Positions 57,878 to 64,000 of a DNA stretch of 64,000 bases are shown one piece after another (the stretch's first letter is position 1; every line of letters begins with the position of its first letter). Below the pieces are notes generated by a model. The model ran no database searches. It had not been told where the DNA came from and was given only the letters and a program-made list of their open reading frames with translations. The stretch spans positions 32,001 through 96,000 of the forward strand of contig JAJPHT010000015.1 in NCBI GenBank assembly GCA_021325135.1, read 5' to 3'. Made by a program: the position numbers and the translations under genes. Origin of the DNA: Pseudomonadota bacterium. Its GTDB lineage: Archaea; Thermoplasmatota; SW-10-69-26; JACQPN01; JAJPHT01.

Positions 57878-59404
57878 TCACTCGCCCTTGCCCTTGCGGC
57901 GGCGCCGCGTCGCCACCAGGGCGATGGGCGTGCCCACGAGGAGCACGAGGACGATGACGGCGAGCAGCACGACGGGCCAGAACTTCGCGAGCACGAAGCT
58001 GGGCGTCACCGCCATGGCGACCGCGGCGTGCGCGCTGTCCCCCGAGGGCGTCACCACGAACTGGTCGCGCCCGTCGGCGGCCTTTCCTTGCGTGCCCGTG
58101 CCGCCGGTCACGTCGAGGCCCGCGACGGCGAGCCCCTTGGGCAGGATCACGGTGTACGAAGTGTCCAGCGACTGCACCTTGGGGAAGTCGAACGCCTGGT
58201 GGACGGTGTAGAGCGCGATGGCGGCGCCGGAGGAGGACGAGCCCGAGAGGGGCTTCGTGAACGCGGCGTGCGCGGTGAACGTCACGGGCTTGTCGCCCGA
58301 GGGGGGCGTGGAGATGAGCGCAGGGTCCAGCGTCGCGGGGTCGATGCCGCCGGCCACGTCCACGTCCTGGCCCAGCGCGCTCTTGAGGTTGTCCGCGAGG
58401 CGCGCGCGCAGGTCCGTCTCGATGGAGGTCACGTTGTCGGCGGTGAGGAGGCCGCTCTTCTTGAGGAGGCGCAGCCCGTCCGCGCTGAGGTAGTCCAGCG
58501 CGACGTTGTCGCCCAGGCGCGCCTTGAAGCTCGCGGGGATCGCGAGGACGTTGAGCTGGCCGGTCACCGTGACCTGGACGTGGAGCGTGCCGAAGTCGCC
58601 CTTCACGGCCTTGCCCAGCGTGACGTCGAGGCTCTGGAGGTCGACCACGACGCCCAGGTCCGCCTTCTGCGCGTGGAAGACGGGCGCGTCGGTGGAGCCC
58701 AGCGTGGCGCTGACGCCCTGCGACCGGGCCGCAGAGCCTTGGGCGTTCTCGATGGAGATCGTCCACGCCTTGCCGTCCGCGGAGAGCGAGCCCGCGCTGG
58801 GCGAGGCGAAGGCCAGCGCCGCGGGCGCGGCGGGCGCGTGGAGCGTGTAGATGGTGTCGTAGCCCGCCTGCGAGGTGAGGGAGAAGGTGGAGCGCACCTG
58901 CGCGCCGACCTCGAAGACGGCGGCCAGCTGCTCGTCGGTGACGCCCTGGAGCGCGGGGTCGTCGGCGTCGCGGACGATCTGCGCGGAGAGGGTCATGTTC
59001 ACCGGGTCGTAGACGCCGCGGCCGGGCGTGTTGGCGAGGGTGGCCTGGTCCACGACGGCGTCGCCCACCGTCACGTTGGCGTGGGGGAAGGCGGCCTCCA
59101 GGCTCCCCTTGAGGTCCGACTGCGCGGAGGTGGTGAGCTTCCCCAGGAGGTCCGCCCGCTCCGAGGGCGAGCCCGCGTCGTAGGCCCGCACGAGGTCGCG
59201 CGCCGTCGTGGGCTTGCCGTCGACGGGGATGAGGTGGACCGCCAGGGCCCCGGCGAAGGCCAGGTGCCGGAGGTCGGGCTGCGAGAGGTCGAACCGGGCG
59301 TCCACCCACTGGGAGGCCCCAGGGGCCGGCGCGGTCGCGGCCGCCACGACGGGAGCGAGGAGGAGGGCGGCGACGAGGGCAACGGGCAAGAGGCGAAGCT
59401 GCAT
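57878..59404 (-). CDS. Secreted protein with C-terminal TM anchor
   Basis: Signal peptide; TM plus RRRRKGK. Confidence 0.78.
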   Translation of the reverse strand: MQLRLLPVALVAALLLAPVVAAATAPAPGASQWVDARFDLSQPDLRHLAFAGALAVHLIPVDGKPTTARDLVRAYDAGSPSERADLLGKLTTSAQSDLKGSLEAAFPHANVTVGDAVVDQATLANTPGRGVYDPVNMTLSAQIVRDADDPALQGVTDEQLAAVFEVGAQVRSTFSLTSQAGYDTIYTLHAPAAPAALAFASPSAGSLSADGKAWTISIENAQGSAARSQGVSATLGSTDAPVFHAQKADLGVVVDLQSLDVTLGKAVKGDFGTLHVQVTVTGQLNVLAIPASFKARLGDNVALDYLSADGLRLLKKSGLLTADNVTSIETDLRARLADNLKSALGQDVDVAGGIDPATLDPALISTPPSGDKPVTFTAHAAFTKPLSGSSSSGAAIALYTVHQAFDFPKVQSLDTSYTVILPKGLAVAGLDVTGGTGTQGKAADGRDQFVVTPSGDSAHAAVAMAVTPSFVLAKFWPVVLLAVIVLVLLVGTPIALVATRRRRKGKGE

Positions 59405-59430
59405 TCGTGACACCCTGGCTGGTCGGTCGC

Positions 59431-60519
59431 TTGGATGCCGGGCACCCGGATAAGAAGCCTGCGTTTGTGGTGGAGCGACGCCACGCCGAGGCCGTGATCC
59501 GCGCGCTCCAGGCCGAGGGCCTCCTCGACCCGGCGCGGAAGATCGTCGCAGGCCCCGAGGTGACGATCCCGGTGCGCGCCCGCGGGGACCTGGCCGCCCT
59601 CGCGCAGCGCGTGGGGGCGCGTCTCGTGCCGGACGCCGAGGCGCCCGCCCGCGAGGGGCGCGTCGCGCCGCGGGAGAGGGTGGTCGCCCTGCTGCGCGGC
59701 CGCCTGGAGGATCGCCTCCTCGCGCAGGTGCCCGACAAGTGGGAGCAGCACGGCGACGTGCTGGTCCTGCGCATGCCCGACGCGCTCCTGCCCGCGGGGC
59801 GCGAGGTGGCGCAGGCGTTCGCCGAGGTCCTCGGCCTCAAGACGGTGCTCCACGACCCGGCGGGCGTCGCGGGCGAGCTTCGCGAGATGCGCGCGGTCCC
59901 CCTCCTGGGCGACGACCCGGTGGCGCTCCACGTGGAGAACGGCGTGCGATATCGTTTCGACGCCTCGCGCATCATGTTCAGCAGCGGCAACCTCGCCGAG
60001 CGCATGCGCGTCGCGGCGCTCCCCGTGGAGGGCGAGACGATTGTCGACATGTTCGCGGGCATCGGCTACTTCACGCTCCCCCTGGCCGTCCACGCGCGGC
60101 CCGCGCGCATCCATGCGCTGGAGAAGAACCCCCTCTCCCACCGCTACCTCGTGGAGAACGTCGCCCTCAACGGCGTGGCCCACGTCGTCGAGCCCTGGCT
60201 GGGCGACAACCGGGAGTTCCCCCGGGAGGGGATCGCGGACCGCGTGCTCATGGGCTACTTCCCCCGCACGCAGGATTTCCTCCCCAAGGCCCTCGCGCTC
60301 CTGAATCCCCCTGGGGGGACCTTGCATTACCACAACACGGCGCACGCGGAGTCGTGGAAGGAGGAGATGGAGGGGCAGGTCCGCGCCGCTTGCTCGGCGG
60401 CCGGGGGGACCTGCGAGGTGGCGGACGCGCGCGTCGTGAAGACGCACAGCCCGGGCGTGGTCCACGCGGTTGTGGAAGTGCGTGTCAAAGCGGGGGGTTC
60501 GGGGGGCGCAGCCCCCTGA
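59431..60519 (+). CDS. Taw2/Trm5 (Met-10+) family SAM-dependent tRNA position-37 modification enzyme
   Basis: GDVLV, ENGVRY.FD...MFSSGNLAER, VDMFAGIGYF, EKNP, ADRVLMG; start uncertain. Confidence 0.85.
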   Translation: MDAGHPDKKPAFVVERRHAEAVIRALQAEGLLDPARKIVAGPEVTIPVRARGDLAALAQRVGARLVPDAEAPAREGRVAPRERVVALLRGRLEDRLLAQVPDKWEQHGDVLVLRMPDALLPAGREVAQAFAEVLGLKTVLHDPAGVAGELREMRAVPLLGDDPVALHVENGVRYRFDASRIMFSSGNLAERMRVAALPVEGETIVDMFAGIGYFTLPLAVHARPARIHALEKNPLSHRYLVENVALNGVAHVVEPWLGDNREFPREGIADRVLMGYFPRTQDFLPKALALLNPPGGTLHYHNTAHAESWKEEMEGQVRAACSAAGGTCEVADARVVKTHSPGVVHAVVEVRVKAGGSGGAAP

Positions 60520-60608
60520 CGTCTTGATCGTCGGATCAGGAAACGAAACGTCAGGGGGCTGCGCCCCCCGAACCCCCCATGGGTGCGCGCGCTGCGGCGC
60601 GCGCGACG
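60492..60608. repeat. Composite REP/REPIN-like element, copy 3
   Basis: Perfect 31-bp inverted repeat 60492-60522/60548-60578, then GCGCGCGC-TGCG-GCGCGCGC-GACG arm. Confidence 0.85.
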
Positions 60609-60616
60609 AGCCTGGG

Positions 60617-61420
60617 CTACGCGGTCCTCAGCGTCACGGGGAAGCCGAGGCCGCCGATCTCCGCCAGGACGCCCTCGACGGTGGGGCCGTTGTCCTGGTA
60701 CGGGGGGAGCTGGACGCCCGCCACGCTGCCGCTCACGATGCCCAGCGCCTTGCCCGTGGGCTCGTGCAGGATGGGGCCGCCCGAGTCGCCGGGCACCGTG
60801 CTGCCCACCTCGACGTAGGAGGTCGGCGTGTCGCTGTAGAGGACGCCCACGTGGTTCTCGCGGAGCACCTGCACGTCGCTGTACGCGACGCCGTGGCCCG
60901 AGTGGAGGAGGGGATCGCCCAGGCTCGTCTCGGTGTAGTGTGTGACGCCCGAGGGCATGCCCGGGTGGCCGCGCACCTCGCCCACGACGCGGCTCACGTA
61001 GGCGGGCTTGACCTCCAGGAGCGCGAAGTCCAGCTGCGTGCCGGGGATGCCGTTCTCCACGGACGTGCCGCCGTTCACGCTGTCGCCGTAGTCGCCGATG
61101 TAGGCCACCGTCGCGAAGGACGCCGCGTCGGTGTGGCCCAGCAGGTAGCCGCCGTTGTTGGTGCCCTGCTGGCTGATGCCCGTGACGTGGTCGAGCGTCG
61201 CGGAGCGGTCGCCCGCGATGCAGTGGGCCGCCGTGCCGACGTAGACCTTGCCGGCCAAGGCGCCCGTGCCGTCGAAGACGAAGTTGAGGGTGCAGACCTC
61301 GCTGCCGTTGATGATGATCATGTCGCCCGGCTGGATCGTCGGGCCCGCCGCCTCGACGGGCTGCGGGAGCATGGCGAAGACCAGGGCAGCAGCCCCCAAG
61401 GTGAGAAGAACGCGTCGCAT
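60617..61420 (-). CDS. Secreted S1 (chymotrypsin-like) serine protease
   Basis: Signal peptide; CTLNF, TAAHC, DFAL, GDSGGP. Confidence 0.92.
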   Translation of the reverse strand: MRRVLLTLGAAALVFAMLPQPVEAAGPTIQPGDMIIINGSEVCTLNFVFDGTGALAGKVYVGTAAHCIAGDRSATLDHVTGISQQGTNNGGYLLGHTDAASFATVAYIGDYGDSVNGGTSVENGIPGTQLDFALLEVKPAYVSRVVGEVRGHPGMPSGVTHYTETSLGDPLLHSGHGVAYSDVQVLRENHVGVLYSDTPTSYVEVGSTVPGDSGGPILHEPTGKALGIVSGSVAGVQLPPYQDNGPTVEGVLAEIGGLGFPVTLRTA

Positions 61421-61536
61421 GTGCTGGATAGCCTCCGGCTGGGAGGGCGCTCAGGGGGTCTTGAGGGTGGTGTCGCCCCTTGGAGGGACGGAAGCCGAAA
61501 ACGTTCAAGCCCGCCCCCTCGTCTGCGCCGCCCGCC

Positions 61537-62058
61537 GTGACGCTGCGCCTCGTCGTCTACCACGTCTCGCAGGACGACCCGAAGAAGAACACGGCGCGGA
61601 AGGTCGCGCGCTTCGAGATGGCGGAGCTCGTGGATCGCGTCAACCGCATCCCGCGGGGCGCGCTCCTCCTGGACCCCTTCGCGGAGCAGGCGCTCTCGCC
61701 GGCGGACCGCGCGGACGCGGAGCGCTGCGGCGTCGTGGCGCTGGACTGCTCGTGGAAGCTCGCGGAGGAGGTCTTTCCCGAGGCGCGCTCGCGCGCGCAG
61801 CCCCGCGCGCTGCCCTACCTGCTGGCGACGAACCCGGTGAACTATGGCAAGGCGTTCCAGCTCTCCACCGTCGAGGCGCTGGCCGCCGCGTGCTGGATCC
61901 TCGGGGAGCGGCCGCAGGCGGAGGCGCTCATGTCGAAGTTCGGCTGGGGGCACACGTTCGTGGAGACCAACGCGAACCCGCTCAACGACTACGCCTCGTC
62001 GCGCAACAGCGCGGAGGTCCTGCGCCACCAGGCCGAGTACCTGGGCCCTACTTCGTGA
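61537..62058 (+). CDS. tsr3: SSU rRNA aminocarboxypropyltransferase Tsr3 (DUF367)
   Basis: QDDPKKNT, LSPAD, LDCSW, RALPYLLATNPVNYG, LSTVEA, FGWGHTF. Confidence 0.93.
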   Translation: MTLRLVVYHVSQDDPKKNTARKVARFEMAELVDRVNRIPRGALLLDPFAEQALSPADRADAERCGVVALDCSWKLAEEVFPEARSRAQPRALPYLLATNPVNYGKAFQLSTVEALAAACWILGERPQAEALMSKFGWGHTFVETNANPLNDYASSRNSAEVLRHQAEYLGPTS

Positions 62059-62332
62059 GGCGCTCGTCGCGCCGGCGCGCGTCGTACTCGCGCTTCTGCT
62101 GCGCCAGCTCGTCCAGCCGCAGCGGCACGAGCTGGAAGAAGAACCCCACGAGCCCCAGCGCGAGGCCCGCGAGCCCCATGAGGACGCTGAGGAAAAGATA
62201 GCCCGCGCCGCCGTAGAGCGTGAGGAACGCGGCGAAGACGAGGAGCGTGAGCCCCAGCACCACGATGGCGGCGGAGACGATGCGCGTCGCGAGGCCGCGC
62301 GCGCGCTCCCGCTGCCGCGCCAGGGTGCTCAT
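62048..62332 (-). CDS. Small two-TM membrane protein
   Basis: Two hydrophobic helices, charged tail. Confidence 0.65.
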   Translation of the reverse strand: MSTLARQRERARGLATRIVSAAIVVLGLTLLVFAAFLTLYGGAGYLFLSVLMGLAGLALGLVGFFFQLVPLRLDELAQQKREYDARRRDERLTK

Positions 62333-62384
62333 GGGGCGCGGTGAGGCAGCGGGGCCCGTAAAGGTTTGCGACCGTTCCGGTCGC

Positions 62385-62401
62385 GCGAAGCGTATTTATA
62401 T
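62385..62401 (+). promoter_or_regulatory. BRE/TATA promoter of rpl40e
   Basis: GCGAAGCG-TATTTATAT about 40 nt upstream of ATG; AGGTGA Shine-Dalgarno between. Confidence 0.65.
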
Positions 62402-62441
62402 GGCTCCCGGCGTGGCCAGCGCTGTCCCAGGTGACCCTCAC

Positions 62442-62591
62442 ATGGCCAAGTTCGCTGAGGCGGAGGCCCGCACCCTCGTCAAGAAGATCTGCATGAACTG
62501 CTACGCGCGGAACCCCGTCCGCGCGACGCGCTGCCGCAAGTGCCGCAGCCAAGAGCTTCGCGTCAAGGCCAAGGAAGGCCGCGGCGTGTAA
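62442..62591 (+). CDS. rpl40e: 50S ribosomal protein L40e
   Basis: [19 protein letters not shown]....LR.K.KE. Confidence 0.96.
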   Translation: MAKFAEAEARTLVKKICMNCYARNPVRATRCRKCRSQELRVKAKEGRGV

Positions 62592-62706
62592 GCCCGTCCA
62601 GGGCCTTCGCGCCCTGGACCCGTCAGTCCCCCTTCTCCGAGCCTCGGCGCTGCGCCTCCGACACCGTTTTGCCTGGGGCGGCGCGTGCCCGTCGCGAGGC
62701 TTGCGC

Positions 62707-63009
62707 ATGCGCTTCCCCACGCTTCTCGTCCCCCTGGCCATCCTCGGCAGCTTCCTCGTCCTCGCCCCTGCGGCCGACGCCAAGCTGCCCATCCCCTCCT
62801 GCGTCGGCGTCCCGTGCGTCAGCGTCGCGCCGCCCACCTACGTGGGCGCTGACGTCGAGTGCCACGTGGTCGTGAACGCCGTGTTCGACGTGGTCTCCTG
62901 CGCGGTGGACGGCGGCCACGTCTCCGCCGCGGACGCCCTCTGCGAGCTCTGCCTCGGCGTCACCTTCGTCGACTGCGAGGCGGGCACGGCGGCCATCGAC
63001 TGCCGCTGA
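62707..63009 (+). CDS. Small secreted 8-Cys protein
   Basis: Signal peptide ending LAPAADA; eight Cys in about 75 aa. Confidence 0.72.
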   Translation: MRFPTLLVPLAILGSFLVLAPAADAKLPIPSCVGVPCVSVAPPTYVGADVECHVVVNAVFDVVSCAVDGGHVSAADALCELCLGVTFVDCEAGTAAIDCR

Positions 63010-63077
63010 GCCCCGTTGGGGAACGGCCCGCCCTTTCCCCAACCTTCAATCCCTTGGCCCGCCGAAGCCGCGCTGGC

Positions 63078-63452
63078 ATGCGCCGCACCCTCTCCACCCT
63101 CCTCTTCGCCCTGGGCGCGCTGATGATCGCCCTCGCGGCGCTTCTCTTCGTCTCGGCCCGCGTGCGGCCCGCGCAGGGGCTCGAGGACCTGGGCTGGATC
63201 GTCATGGCCCTCCTGCTCGTCGCGCTGGCGGGCGTCCCCTTCTCCGTGGGCCTGCTCATGGCGCCCGAGGCGCGGCATCGCACCATCGTCCTGGCCAGCC
63301 TGGGCTGCCTCCTGGCGGCCGTCCCCGCCGCGGGCTTCCTCACCGCGGGCACGACGGCGCTCACCGCCATCGGCGTCGTCGCGCTGGCGCTGGCGGCGGC
63401 GGGGATCGCGCGCGGCGTGCGGCTCTGGCGCCCACGCCCGGCGTCGAAGTAG
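63078..63452 (+). CDS. Four-TM membrane protein
   Basis: Hydrophobic ORF; TTCAAT box 27 nt upstream. Confidence 0.65.
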   Translation: MRRTLSTLLFALGALMIALAALLFVSARVRPAQGLEDLGWIVMALLLVALAGVPFSVGLLMAPEARHRTIVLASLGCLLAAVPAAGFLTAGTTALTAIGVVALALAAAGIARGVRLWRPRPASK

Positions 63453-63609
63453 CAGGCAAGGGTCAAACCTTCCCGGAGGACCCTGCCAACAGGCCCGGCT
63501 TCGCGCGCAGGCTCTGGCCCCGTGGCCCGCCCCCGCCTCGTCCGGCGCGAGGACGACGCTGCCCCTGAGGCACCTTTAAGGGCGAGCACGGGTAAGCGCC
63601 GCCGTCCCC

Positions 63610-64000
63610 ATGCCCCTCTCCCGCGTCGCCACCACGTTCCGGCTGCCCCTCGCCCCGCAGCGGCAGGCGCAGCGCGTGGAGCTTCTGGCCCCGGCGGGCA
63701 GCTTCGAGGCGCTCGTCGCTGCGGTGGAGAACGGCGCGGACGCCGTGTACCTGGCGGGGCAGCACTTCGGCGCGCGCAAGTTCGCGCGGAACTTCACCGA
63801 CGAGGAGCTTCGCCGCGGCATCGACTTCGCCCACGTGCGCGGCGTGAAGGTCTTCGTCACGGTCAACACGCTGGTCTTCAACGAGGAGTTCCGCGACCTC
63901 GTGCCGTTCCTCGCCACCATCCGCGAGGCGGGCGCGGACGCCATCATCGTGCAGGACCTGGGCGTCATGAAGGTCCTGCGGAGCCTCTTCCCCGACCTGC
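63610..64000 (+). CDS. U32 peptidase-family protein (3'-truncated by window)
   Basis: ELLAPAGSFEAL.AAVENGADAVY...FGAR..A.NF, GADAIIVQDLG. Confidence 0.92.
   Translation, partial: MPLSRVATTFRLPLAPQRQAQRVELLAPAGSFEALVAAVENGADAVYLAGQHFGARKFARNFTDEELRRGIDFAHVRGVKVFVTVNTLVFNEEFRDLVPFLATIREAGADAIIVQDLGVMKVLRSLFPDL

Overview
Very GC-rich archaeal chromosome segment. Archaeal markers: rpl40e, two-unit (alpha2-type) tRNA splicing endonuclease, pelota, Tsr3, Taw2-like tRNA enzyme, XPD, NFACT/Rqc2, split purS/purL/purQ. The proteome is not acidic, so a non-halophilic Thermoplasmatota-like lineage is inferred, not shown. Housekeeping genes are interspersed with many secreted, lipid-anchored or Cys-rich surface proteins, two toxin-antitoxin pairs (VapBC, HicBA), two ABC-2 exporters and several regulators. 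I found no rRNA, tRNA, CRISPR array or transposase. Most notable: (1) a candidate signalling module at 13035-16359 made of a secreted 10-Cys protein, an HTH-FHA transcription factor and a multi-TM Ser/Thr receptor kinase; (2) a family of composite REP/REPIN-like palindromic elements with compensatory changes, two of which supply stop codons to host genes; (3) a candidate small RNA with three AGC(C/T)TCCCAA motifs at about 17585-17706; (4) a perfect 25-bp-arm AT-centred palindrome at 19225-19278; (5) a dispersed set of small disulfide-rich secreted proteins. All product calls come from motif recognition by eye, and several starts were reassigned from the ORF track.
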